64,000 bases of DNA from a virus (lineage: Duplodnaviria; Heunggongvirae; Uroviricota; Caudoviricetes), in the IMG/VR virus record IMGVR_UViG_3300010429_001737; one strand, given 5' to 3'. A program made the position numbers and the translations under genes. A model generated the notes under the pieces. It saw only the letters and a list, made by a program, of their open reading frames with translations. It made no database searches and was not told where the DNA came from. Below, piece by piece: positions 8,346-19,600 of this stretch; position 1 is the first letter of the stretch; each line of letters starts with the position of its first letter.

Positions 8346-9143
8346 ATGAACCAAAAGAAGAACGAAGATAAAGCATATAGAAGAAAACGAAGGCAAATGT
8401 CACGCCACGGGAATCCCATTACTTATGCAGAACAATATCCGTACCCATGGAATAAAGGATTAACAATGGCTGATGACGAAAGATTGAAAGAACAAAGCAA
8501 ACGATTGAAAGAAACGGGAACGTGGAATAAAGGTTTAAAAAAACAAAATGATAAAAGAATAAAGAAAATTGCATTGGCATCAAGCGGAAAAAAGAATCAT
8601 TGGTTTGGAACACATGGGCCAAATTATGGTAATACAGGAAAAAAGAGTTTTATGTATGGAAAACGAAGACCCATAAACGTAAGAGAGAAAATAAGTAGAA
8701 GTTTAGTGGGTCGGTTTACTGGTCGAAATAGTCCGAATTTCGGTAGAGTACCGTCTCATGGAAAATCAGAATATGTAAAGACGTTAGGGCATTATGTTAG
8801 AAGCACATGGGAAAGAAATATTTGCTTACTTTTAAAGAATAATAAAATTACATATAGATATGAACCTGAGGTTTTCGATTTAGGATGTTTTTCATATTGC
8901 CCCGATATAATTTGTAAAAACAAAATTGTTATCGAAGTCAAAGGTTATTTTAGAAGAAATACTGACATTGAAAAGTTACGATTATTTAAAAAACAATTTC
9001 CTGGTTATCGGTTAATTCTTATCACATCAAAATCAATTCTAAAAAACAACGAAAGGGGTTTAGAGTTTATTGACCATCTTGTTAAATATGATGATTTTCT
9101 GGGATATACAAAAAACGATTTGAAAAAAATGCTAAGATGGTAA
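8346..9143 (+). CDS. putative PD-(D/E)xK nuclease with an N-terminal basic repeat (NUMOD-like) DNA-binding region; possibly a free-standing homing endonuclease
   Basis: The N-terminal half carries repeated basic G/K/N-rich modules (WNKGL...GKKNHWFG...GKKSFMYGKRRP...). The C-terminal half carries CPDIICKNKIVIEVKGY, consistent with a PD...E-x-K catalytic core. Confidence 0.4.
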   Translation: MNQKKNEDKAYRRKRRQMSRHGNPITYAEQYPYPWNKGLTMADDERLKEQSKRLKETGTWNKGLKKQNDKRIKKIALASSGKKNHWFGTHGPNYGNTGKKSFMYGKRRPINVREKISRSLVGRFTGRNSPNFGRVPSHGKSEYVKTLGHYVRSTWERNICLLLKNNKITYRYEPEVFDLGCFSYCPDIICKNKIVIEVKGYFRRNTDIEKLRLFKKQFPGYRLILITSKSILKNNERGLEFIDHLVKYDDFLGYTKNDLKKMLRW

Positions 9144-10531
9144 ACATAAACGATTTTCCGTTTTTATATGAATACCAAAAGGAAGGTGTGCTAGCTTTGC
9201 TTAACGGAAAACAATTGCTTTTAGATTCTGTCGGATTGGGAAAAAGCGTGCAATCTTTAGTATATTGTGAAATAATGAATTATCCAAAAGTTCTTATTGT
9301 TTGTCCAAGTCCGTTGAAAGAGAATTTTGCGAATGAAATTGCGAAATTTTTAAAAAAAGAATGTTTAATATTGGATGGAAATCTAGAAGAAAGGAAATCA
9401 ATATTCGAGAATTATAAGAAAAGTAATATTAGATATTTAATATGTAATTATGAAAAACTTCTTTCTCGAAACGAGTTTTTGTTTGATTTCTTTTTTCATT
9501 GTATAATATTAGACGAAATTCATAGGATAAAAAATTATAAAAGTAAAACTTATAAAAATGCCATAAAGTTAAAAACAGGATATAGAATCGGATTAACAGC
9601 TACCATGATAACTAATACTCCAATTGAAGCTTATGCCATTGTTAATTTTCTAAAACCTTATTATTTTAAATATAATGAATTTATGAATAAATATGCTGTT
9701 ATGGGGATTATATATCATGACTTTCGTCGTGACAGAGATGTTATCGGACCCGTTGCATGGAAAAATTTGGACGATTTATATGAAAAAATAAAACCATTGA
9801 TGATTAAAAGAAAAGCAGAAGATGTATTACCACAATTACCAGAAACGATTTATAAAAATTATTATGTCACTCTTTCATCTTATGAACAGGAAATTCATGA
9901 TTTCTACTTTAAGAAAATGAAAGAATGTTATGAAAAACGTGATGACCAAATGTTCTCGTATTTATCTCTAATGCAACAAGTGGCATGTGGATGCCGGATG
10001 ATAAAGGGAAGTTTGAGTGAGAATTTAATAAATATCGAAAAAGATGAAAATTCTAAGTTAAAAGTTTTAAAAGAAATATTGGAGGATTTGGGTGATGAAA
10101 GAGTTTTAATGTTTACGAAGTTTGAAAGAGTAACTAGAATTATCGCGGAAGAGATTGGAACAGATAAATGTTATGTAGTAACGGGTGATACAAAAAATAA
10201 AATTGCTGCAATCGAGGAATTCAAAAACAGTGATAAAAAATATCTTATTGCGACAGATTGTTTAGGTATGGGTGTAAATTTGGAATTCTTGCATATTCTG
10301 ATAAATTATGACTTGGGTTTTACCCCTGCAAAAATGATTCAACGTAGTGGGCGACTACAGCGTCTAACTCAAGTGAACAAAATGCTTGTAATTAATTTAA
10401 TTGCTCGTAACACATATGAGGATAAGATAGTTAAAATATTAGAGGGTAAACAGCGGTTGATAAACGAGTCTATAGAAGGGATATCATATGGATTAAGTGA
10501 CAAAGAAGTGATAAGAGAACTAGTAGGATAA
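9137..10531 (+). CDS. SNF2/SWI2-family (SF2) helicase
   Basis: Motif I LLLDSVGLGKSVQSL, DExH box ILDEIHRIKN, motif III GLTATMITN, and the C-terminal helicase motif MIQRSGRLQRLTQ. Confidence 0.8.
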   Translation: MVNINDFPFLYEYQKEGVLALLNGKQLLLDSVGLGKSVQSLVYCEIMNYPKVLIVCPSPLKENFANEIAKFLKKECLILDGNLEERKSIFENYKKSNIRYLICNYEKLLSRNEFLFDFFFHCIILDEIHRIKNYKSKTYKNAIKLKTGYRIGLTATMITNTPIEAYAIVNFLKPYYFKYNEFMNKYAVMGIIYHDFRRDRDVIGPVAWKNLDDLYEKIKPLMIKRKAEDVLPQLPETIYKNYYVTLSSYEQEIHDFYFKKMKECYEKRDDQMFSYLSLMQQVACGCRMIKGSLSENLINIEKDENSKLKVLKEILEDLGDERVLMFTKFERVTRIIAEEIGTDKCYVVTGDTKNKIAAIEEFKNSDKKYLIATDCLGMGVNLEFLHILINYDLGFTPAKMIQRSGRLQRLTQVNKMLVINLIARNTYEDKIVKILEGKQRLINESIEGISYGLSDKEVIRELVG

Positions 10532-10612
10532 TTTATGTGATAAAAGTAATAACATTTATAAAGATTAAAATTGTTAATTATTTAACATAAAAACACAAGG
10601 AGGAAAAAACAA

Positions 10613-10762
10613 ATGGTAGCAACTGAATGGCAAGCACACTTAAAGAAGACATATGCTGAAATGAAAAAGAAGAATAAAAATGTTAAATTAAGTGATGCAA
10701 TGAAGGCAGCAAAAAAGACCTATTGCCCAAAAAATAAGGATAAGAAGAAAAAGAAGAAGTAA
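10613..10762 (+). CDS. small lysine-rich basic protein (49 aa)
   Basis: AAGGAGG ribosome-binding site 8 nt upstream of the ATG. Lys-rich tail KNKDKKKKKK. Confidence 0.3.
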   Translation: MVATEWQAHLKKTYAEMKKKNKNVKLSDAMKAAKKTYCPKNKDKKKKKK

Positions 10763-10810
10763 TTTTTCGTTAATAACAATATTTAAATATTTAGCTTTTT
10801 TATTTTATTT

Positions 10811-10972
10811 ATGAAAATCGCAATAATCACAACGGAGAGAGGTTATCCAATCTTCGCAGTGAAGGGCGCGACGATTAATGCTGTGATTAAACGTTTCTTA
10901 CTTCGTTTTCCAGATTTTACAGAACGAGAATTTAAGAAACTTTATTCGATATCGTTTATCGATTTAATCTAA
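10811..10972 (+). CDS. small hypothetical protein (53 aa)
   Basis: ORF in the gene-poor spacer. No recognisable motif. Confidence 0.2.
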   Translation: MKIAIITTERGYPIFAVKGATINAVIKRFLLRFPDFTEREFKKLYSISFIDLI

Positions 10973-10991
10973 ACTGATGGTGGAAAAAGAA

Positions 10992-11141
10992 ATGAGTGAT
11001 ATACAAGAAACAGAAAAGAAAGAGATAAAGAGGACAAAATGTGAAAGATATTCAAGAATCGTAGGATATCTAAGGCCTTTAGAACAATGGAATGTGGGAA
11101 AACAAGCAGAGTGGCATGACAGAGTGATGTTTTCTGTTTAA
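10992..11141 (+). CDS. 49 aa protein resembling the C-terminal glycyl-radical domain of anaerobic ribonucleotide reductase (NrdD)
   Basis: TKCERYSRIVGYLRPLEQWNVGKQAEWHDRV mirrors the NrdD C-terminus (Cys of the zinc ribbon, an R-[IV]-x-G-Y-L glycyl-radical motif, W-N-x-G-K-Q-x-E). Far too short to be a complete NrdD. Confidence 0.4.
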   Translation: MSDIQETEKKEIKRTKCERYSRIVGYLRPLEQWNVGKQAEWHDRVMFSV

Positions 11142-11142
11142 A

Positions 11143-11167
11143 AATTAATAATAATATTTATAAACTC
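11143..11167 (+). promoter_or_regulatory. promoter variant AATTAATAATAATATTTATAAACTC
   Basis: Upstream of 11186. The TTTATAAACTCT core recurs at 63664 before the 63693 gene. Confidence 0.45.
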
Positions 11168-11185
11168 TGATTATTTAATTCATAT

Positions 11186-11410
11186 ATGAAATATGAAATA
11201 GTTGTATTTACAAAAAATAATAGAAAGAATTTTGAACTGATGCGTGGCGTAAGTAATGCCGTTGGAGAGATGTTTGTTGCAACTGGAACAAGAAGTACTC
11301 CTCTTGGATACATTATTTATGTTAATGGGACGCAGAATAATTATTTACAATTCAAAAGAAGGTATTTCAGAGAGATAAACAACCGTGAGTTAAGGATACG
11401 TGAAGTGTAG
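11186..11410 (+). CDS. hypothetical protein (74 aa)
   Basis: ORF preceded by a TTTATAAACTCTGATT promoter variant. Confidence 0.4.
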   Translation: MKYEIVVFTKNNRKNFELMRGVSNAVGEMFVATGTRSTPLGYIIYVNGTQNNYLQFKRRYFREINNRELRIREV

Positions 11411-11449
11411 AAATGTTTAAATATATTAAATTTATAATTTTATAGTAAA

Positions 11450-11689
11450 ATGGGCCACAAATTAAAAATTGCAGTTTTGGCAACGATTGTGTCATGGTTG
11501 ACGTTAGGTACTCTTGGTATTTGGACTAAAGTTCTGTTAATGAAGTATGATGCATTTTTTGTTGAATACATGAATATTATTTTCATCGTTTCGTCTATTC
11601 TTTTATTCATCTTTATTATTATATCGTTAATATCGATTAGGCTTCTGGTTAAAAATAATATAGCTGGAATTCCGTCTGCAATAAAATGA
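11450..11689 (+). CDS. small membrane protein
   Basis: Two hydrophobic helices. Coupled to the next ORF. Confidence 0.4.
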   Translation: MGHKLKIAVLATIVSWLTLGTLGIWTKVLLMKYDAFFVEYMNIIFIVSSILLFIFIIISLISIRLLVKNNIAGIPSAIK

Positions 11690-11913
11690 TAACGAAAACA
11701 AAATATCCTAAGGTATATGTTGCAAATGGCGTTTTACGAGTTGCTACGATGGATATTAATATTCATAATCAGGAAATAACTGCATATTCGGATAGACAAG
11801 CTAGGTTTCTTTTGGCGAAAGAAATAAAAGAATCTACTTTAAAGAAAATGGCTATACCCGGTATTATGGGCGCAATAACTCGTTCTAAAATAGATATTAG
11901 ATTAAAAAGATAA
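11686..11913 (+). CDS. hypothetical protein (75 aa)
   Basis: ORF with an ATGA overlap to the previous gene. Confidence 0.35.
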   Translation: MITKTKYPKVYVANGVLRVATMDINIHNQEITAYSDRQARFLLAKEIKESTLKKMAIPGIMGAITRSKIDIRLKR

Positions 11914-11943
11914 TTTTATATACTATATTCTAGTATCATTTTT

Positions 11944-12486
11944 ATGAAACAATTAGTCATTTTGTTAATGGTCTTTATGACTTTGACGACTGTTACTGCG
12001 AATACGATAAAGATGGATTCGTTTAATGTTTCTCTTGAGAATACTTGGGACTTAAACACGGAATACTCTTTGTTTATTTATACATACGGCATTAATGGTT
12101 CTAATGTCGATATCACGGATTTAAAAATAAGTATTTATGGAAACGTCTCTCTAGAGGAAAGTGATTTATATCGAAAAGACGTTGGTATATATTTTAAGAA
12201 TTATATTATTAATGCATCAAATAGCACTTCGTTCATGATAAATGTTACAGCTTACGATGGAAGTAAAGTATTAGAATTAACTAGAAACGTCTCGGTTTCT
12301 CAGAAGTCGTCTTTGGAGAGTGTTTATGAAACTACAAAGAAATATTTATATAATACTTATGATAAATTCATTAATAATATTCAAGAATTTTGGTTGGTAT
12401 GGGTGATTGTTATAATGGTCATGTTGACTGTTATCGTCTTTATCGATATGTTTTTAAAAGATAGGAAGAAGAACAATGAAAACTAA
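11944..12486 (+). CDS. secreted/anchored glycoprotein-like protein (signal peptide, C-terminal TM)
   Basis: N-terminal signal sequence MKQLVILLMVFMTLTTVTA, multiple NxS/T sequons and a C-terminal hydrophobic anchor. Confidence 0.5.
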   Translation: MKQLVILLMVFMTLTTVTANTIKMDSFNVSLENTWDLNTEYSLFIYTYGINGSNVDITDLKISIYGNVSLEESDLYRKDVGIYFKNYIINASNSTSFMINVTAYDGSKVLELTRNVSVSQKSSLESVYETTKKYLYNTYDKFINNIQEFWLVWVIVIMVMLTVIVFIDMFLKDRKKNNEN

Positions 12487-12865
12487 AAACTATTCATTGA
12501 TTATCATCGGAACTTTAGTGTTTTTAGTACTATATATGTTTGTTATAAATACGTTTTCATTGTACAGTTTTTCAGATATCTCAAGCGACGATTTGAGTAT
12601 TTCAAACAGCGCAGATATAAAAATAGGCGTTAGTGATAAAGTGGATATTAGTGTTAAACGGGAAAGATTTTATGGATATTACATTGAGAACACAGTCGGT
12701 AATAGATATTCAAAGGATTTATATTTATTCCGTTTGTTTAAAATTCCACTAGTTATGAACTCGTTTCAATTTATTTATGCTCATGTTATTGTATTAGTTT
12801 TAGTTTTAGTGTCACTTGTATTATCATCGGTAATATATTTTTCTGAAAGGAGGTATGAGAAATGA
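12476..12865 (+). CDS. membrane protein (129 aa)
   Basis: N- and C-terminal hydrophobic helices. Confidence 0.4.
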   Translation: MKTKNYSLIIIGTLVFLVLYMFVINTFSLYSFSDISSDDLSISNSADIKIGVSDKVDISVKRERFYGYYIENTVGNRYSKDLYLFRLFKIPLVMNSFQFIYAHVIVLVLVLVSLVLSSVIYFSERRYEK

Positions 12866-13014
12866 ACATCTATTTAAAAGTAGTTTTGGAAGTTTTAGGG
12901 GCATTTGGTTTTTATTTGATAACTGGAGATGGTAGTGAAAGTATAGCATTATTAACAATTATGCTATTTTTGACTTTTCAACACCCATTCGAGAAAAAGT
13001 CGAAAAACTAGTGA

Positions 13015-13038
13015 GATTAATAACAATATTTATAAACC
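13015..13038 (+). promoter_or_regulatory. class A promoter variant (GATTAATAACAATATTTATAAACC)
   Basis: Upstream of 13058. Confidence 0.5.
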
Positions 13039-13057
13039 CCAGATACTTATAACTAAT

Positions 13058-13603
13058 ATGGAACAAAAACATCAAGTTGTATTAGGCGTTCTTTTATTAA
13101 TGTTCAGTATCGGGGCTTTTGCATATGTTATTAATATTCCTGTTTCGGGTGATGCTAATTCTCAACCTATTAATTATCATGCTAATGTATGTGTATATAA
13201 AAATGGTGAATTATTAGAATGTAATCATAATCTTTTATATAATACTGGAAAAGAATCGATTGAACAAGTGTTAGGAAATGCTGGAAACCCAGGTCCTTTT
13301 CAAAATATCACATTATGTAATGCTACAGCTGGTTGTGGAACACCAGTAGCTGCTGGGAATGAGGATTTCACTGCATATACTAACTGCGGATTGGCAGCAG
13401 GGACAGGTGGTACTTATGCTTCTTTAGGAACTGGAAATTGGAGTATCTATAAAACTTTTACTTCGACATGTGATAATATAATAACAAATTCAACACGATT
13501 AACCAATTCATCTGGGTCTAGTTTTGCTGGTAATACGTTTACTCTAGTTACATTGCAATCGTCAGATTCTTTAACTATAAACTGGACAATATATGTTCAA
13601 TAA
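13058..13603 (+). CDS. secreted protein (181 aa)
   Basis: Signal peptide. Gly/Thr/Asn-rich with several NxT sequons. Preceded by the GATTAATAACAATATTTATAAACC promoter variant. Confidence 0.5.
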   Translation: MEQKHQVVLGVLLLMFSIGAFAYVINIPVSGDANSQPINYHANVCVYKNGELLECNHNLLYNTGKESIEQVLGNAGNPGPFQNITLCNATAGCGTPVAAGNEDFTAYTNCGLAAGTGGTYASLGTGNWSIYKTFTSTCDNIITNSTRLTNSSGSSFAGNTFTLVTLQSSDSLTINWTIYVQ

Positions 13604-13656
13604 GCATAATTATTAATTTAGGATACTTATTTAAATATGCTTTTATTAACTAATCT

Positions 13657-16600
13657 ATGGTTAAAAAACGTAGCTTATTATCACTAGTATTCTTATTTGT
13701 GCTTTCGTTAGTATTATTAGCTACAACGATATATTCTGACGATATTTCTATTGACAAAACGCCTAGAGAAATAAAATTTGATTATAATTCAATCACATAT
13801 AAAAATCCTGATAATACATATACATCGTCAATATATTTTGATGCAATAAATCTTGACAAAATTGTTAATGTTACAAATAAAGGTGATGATATAAACATTA
13901 AATGGAAGAATTATGAGGTTGATATTATATTAAACGTTAAAGAAAAAAATAAGGAAAAGATTAAAATTGGTGATTTAAAGAATTCAAATCTTGAGTATGT
14001 GAAAACGATAAAGGCTAAGGGCGATGAATATGAATTCTTTTGGTTGTTAAATGATACATCGAAGAAAAGTTTTGATTTAGAATATGTAACAATAGAAGTT
14101 GTAAATAAAACTCCAATGACTATAATAGCTGAAAATACTCAGATAATAATGGGAGATGGGTTATATATTGATTTAAACGATTTAGTCGATTCTAATTATA
14201 CGCTTTCAAAACTGAATGAGAAAGAGATTAAGGTTGAGTCTAATGCAATACTTGGTTCTACATTTGATACAGATTCAATATTATTAGACCCGACTGTTAG
14301 AATAAATGTGTCGATGGATAACTATATTAGGGGTGATACCGAGCAATTTAAATCATATAATTATGGAGCTGCAACTTCTGTTTCGATTAATTATCCTGGA
14401 ACACTAAGAACTTTAATGTATTTCCCGCTAACATCGATACCTGCTAATGCTTCTATTTCTGAAGCTTTATTATACTTAAGAGCTATTAACGGGCCAACAA
14501 CATCTGCTAATATTTCCACATACCCATTACTAAAATCTTGGAACGAAGGGACTTCTTCTGCCGGCGCTAATTCAGCATTTATAAATGGGTCTACTTGGAT
14601 GGAGAGATGGTATGGTGATAATAAAAATGATGGTTGTAGTGGAAGTACTGACCCGGACTGGTGTACAAACGGAACTGGTGTTTCTGACTATAATGCTTCG
14701 TTGCAAGTTAATAATGTTATTAGGGCAAATGCAGGAGGAACATGGGTAAATTTGTCGATGCTTACATATGTTAATAAATCAGTTCATGGAGAAATGGAAT
14801 GGTATGGGATTGTCTTTTGGACAAATACTTCTGCATCATCAGGATATCAGTTTGCTTCAAGACAATATACAACTGTAACGACATATAGGCCATATGTTAA
14901 TATTACTTATAGTTTACCAAGTCCAATAACTAATTTAATTTTTCCAGTTAATAATACTAATACATCTAATGGATTATTTAATTTTACATGTAATGCGTCG
15001 ATAGATTCTTCTTTACCAGGAACCAATATTACTAAGTTAGTTATTTTTTATTCTAATGATTCAGCCGGGGTAAATTGGAAAGGAAATATGACGTTTAATG
15101 AAACGAGTGGTATAACTGCTCCGAACAAAACAATTCAACAGAACTGGAGTACTACTTTAACGACAAATGGAGTATATTATTGGGGTTGCGCCGTGAATGT
15201 TTCGTATGGCGGCACAGATTCTAGTGGTCTTGTTCAACCAACAGCTCCGCTAAGATTCATCTTTGATAATATAGGTCCAAATGTAACATATCAAGCTCCA
15301 ACACCAGATGGTGGATATGTGTCGAGCGTTGTAATTAATGTTTCAGTTAATGATAGCTTGAATGCTATAGATACTTGTATATTACAATGGAATTCGACAA
15401 CAGCATTAACAAATTACACAATGACAAAGTCGACGGGATATTGTAATTATACAATGTCTGTTACAACAGGAACATATTATTTTAAAGTTTATGCTAATGA
15501 TTCACTTGGTAATTTAGGAAACGCAAGTCTAAGAAATTTTACGTTTGATAATACACCGCCTAGTATTAACGTTACTTATCCATTAAGTCGTGTTTACATG
15601 GATTTATATAGTTATTCTCTTGGATTAAATGTGACAGCATCTGATGTTGGTTCAAGTTTGCAGACATTTAAGTATTCTTTAAATGGAGCGGCTAATACAA
15701 CATTTACTCCTAATATAACATTAACAACATTAGTTCCTGGGTTAAATAACTTAACTGTCTATGTTAACGATTCAGCTGGAAATATTAATTCATCCTCTGT
15801 TAATTTTACTTTACGTTTTACTCCTAAGATAAATAATACAATAATTGGTAACAGTTCTACAAATTATTCACGATACAATTTAACAAACGGTTTAGTTGGA
15901 TGGTGGAAGTTTGATGAGATAACAAATAATATTGCTTATGATACAAGTTTATATAGAAATAATGCTACGTTATTTCAGAGTATGCAAAATTTGTTAGTTA
16001 ACGGTGATTTTGAAAGTGGAACATGGGCAAATGCCGGCGACTGTTGTTGTGCTTCTTGTTCATGTGTTGCCGGGTCAAATTGTTCTGCAGGCGGAGGTGG
16101 CAGTAATTGTACTTGTGCAAACGGCGGTACTTGTTATTATTTAGCTAATGTCGCGACAGATAAAATCAATGGTGATTATTCACTTAATCTTACTGGAAAT
16201 AAATCATGTGCCTGTAATAATAAAGCTATGAGTAGTTTTACAATTAATAAAACTTATACATTAAGTTTTTGGTATAAAGATGTTTCTGGTCCAGATAGTC
16301 CAAGATATTGTATGTGGATTTCGGGGAGAAATGTATGCGACCCTGCAGAGACGATTTCTGTGTCAGATAACAATTGGCATTATTATCAGAAATCGTTTAA
16401 AATTTTAGATGGCACTACTGCTGCAGCTTTGTATTTATATGGCGGTAATGGTGCAACAACAGAATCTACTAATTTGTATGATGATGTTAGAATTGTTGAA
16501 GGTCCTGGTTGGGACATTAATGGCAAAATTGGAAATGCATTATTTGTTGCTGTAAATAATGCAACAATACCACATATACCTGCGTATAATTTTACAGGTG

Positions 16601-19600
16601 GTTTTTCAATGTCATATTGGGTTAAATTTAATATGGATATGACCTCTTCAAATCCATCAGTTGCTCAAAGATTAGTTAATAAGAATAACCAATGGATTAA
16701 TTACATTGGCACAGATTCCCGTAACTTAAGATTTTATTTGAATAATGGTACAACATGGGAAGATATGTCTTTATGGTCAAGTAAAACAAGTTGGAATAAG
16801 GGCCAATGGTATTTAGTAACATATACAGTTAGTGCAAGAACAAATCCAACAATAACTCTTTATATTGATGGTTCACAAGATAGTACAACATCAAAAACAG
16901 GAACTTGGCAAACATCAAGAGGTAATATTACAATAGGGTATGCATCTGAATTTACCACAGGTGAATTAAATGGTACAATTGATGAATTAAGGTTTTATAA
17001 TTATTCGTTGACAGCAACACAAGTTAGAGATTTATACCAAGTTACAAATCCAACTTTTCAAGAGTCTTCAAATACAACCATTACAGTAACAATAATAGAT
17101 GAAGATTCACCGGCATCTAGTTTATACTACCAATGGTTTGTCGGTCCAGTTTCTGTATTATCTGGTTTAGCTCAGAGCGTATTTAATTATGTTTTCACTC
17201 AACCGAGTACTAATGTTTATTTGATAATAAACGATTCCAATAATTATCAAGTTTTTCAGAATTGGACAATAAATACAACTTACGATAATCCAACAATATC
17301 TTATGTTTTACCAACACCAAGTGATAGTAGTGTACAAACTGGCACAACTGTTACAATAAATGTTTCAGCAAATGATACATCAGGTATTGATAAATGTATA
17401 TTACAATGGAATTCAACTAGTTCGATAAACAATTATACGATGACCCGGAGTGGAATATATTGCAATTACACAGTTTCAATTGCTACACCCGGTTATTACT
17501 ACTTTAAGGTTTATGCTAATGATACACTAGGAAACTGGTTTAATGAATCGTTAAGAACTATTTTAAAAAATAGTCCTCCTGTACAACCAACTGTTACTAT
17601 TATCCCTGCTACTGCGTATAAAAATTCAACATTAAATTGTACAGCTAATACAACAGATGTGGACGGACACACAATATCATATTTTTATCAATTTCTAACA
17701 ACTAATGGTACTATTGTGCAAGATTATGGATATACTGCACCAACAGAATATTGTTATCAAGAAACAGCAAATATTTCGACAGCATGTGGTGGATTAGACA
17801 CTGGAAAATATTGGTATACTACAGACACCACAACTAATTATAATTATATTAATTATTCTAAGCCGTCTTTTGCTTCAAACAATAGCCTTTGGCATGTTAA
17901 ATATTCAAGAACGGCTAATGTTACAGTTAACTATACAATTCCATCAAGTTGTTGGGAACAAAGCACTTTAACAATGTATTTCTATCTGTCCGGAACATCG
18001 GGGTCTGCATCTAATATGCAATTTGGTTGTAAGAATGCAACGGGACTTGTTGCTATAGAAGGACCTTTTTCGTCAACGACTATTACTCGTACAACAACCG
18101 GTAGTCAGAGCGAATTATATGATGGCAATTGGGATAATGCGATAAGTTATTATAGTAATGTATGGTATCGGAACGCCGTTACAGCTGGGGGTGGCGTACC
18201 ACACGGAGTCTTTGAAGAAGCAATGTATTGGGCAAGAGAAGGAAGTTCTAATCTCTTTGATTGTAATGCCAGTTCACTGTGTGTCGCGGGTGAAAATATT
18301 ACATGTAATGTTAAAGCATATGATGGTTATGAAAATAGTACTGTAAATAATGCAACAAGACAGATTTCAGCATATGGAGCAACAACATCAACGTATGTCA
18401 TCGACCAAGCGTTAAACACTAATGTTGGTATAAATAGACGAGGTTCATATGGAAGAAGTAACTCTAATGCTTTAACTCTTATTATTAACATAAACAGGAA
18501 ATTACAAGATTTAACACAGTTTGTCGATTATTTTATTGTTTCTGTAACCATTGAGAACTCAGAAAATATGTTTAGAAGATTGAGTCAATCTATAAATATT
18601 AATGTTTTAACGAGTAGAATGTTAAACTTACAGAAAATTGTATCACAATCATTCTCGATTGATAACTTTGTTAATAAATTAAGAAGTGTTTTCAGTATGA
18701 CAACTCAATCAATTGCTCTTACAGAGAATATCGATTCAATCTTATCAGGTAAAAGGTTTACTACGCAGAATATTAATGTCGTGGATGATGTTGGTATAAA
18801 ATCAAATTTTAAGAGAAGTAATTTTTTATCAATGACAATAAACAATTTTGCTAATCGACTATTAAAATTATTTAGAATTGAAACACAAAGTATTTTATTA
18901 TATGAAAACGAATCAGATATTTTCTCTGGAAAAAGATTAGTTAATCAAAGTATTAATATTACAGATTCGACTTTCGACGTTTATTCTGGAAAAAGAATGA
19001 CATTTACTCAATTATCGGTTACAGCTTTGTCATCAGAATTTTCAAAATTCTTTAGAGTTTCTGATGATGAGGTTTCATTCTTTGATGATGTTACGTATAA
19101 TTTATTAAGGAGGAGGTTTGTGTATCAAAATTTGTCGTTTTTGGATACAACCGGTCGAGAGTATTTCGGAATTAGAAATATTGACCAAATTATCGTCTTT
19201 TCGTTGTCTTCATATAAGCCGTCGAGTCTTTACAATTCCGTGTCTTTAATGATAGGAGTGTCTGAATCGATTTATGAAAAAACAGCTATGAAAAGAGTTC
19301 TTGAGGATTTATTGGAATTCATAGACTCTATTAATAGAAAATTGTTTGGCAGTCGAGTTATAAACGATGTGATTAATGTTAATGAAGATATGTCAAGAAG
19401 AACACTATTATTAAGGTTACTTACTAATGGTATTTCAGTTGGAGATAGTGTTAATATTAGATTATTCGGAAGTCGGGTTATTAGTCAGGAAGTAAATATT
19501 AATGATGACATTTTTAGACAAAGTATAGTTTCAAAAGATATTACCGAACGGGTTAATATTTCTATCGTTAATAACAGAACATATTTAGGAAATAGAATAA

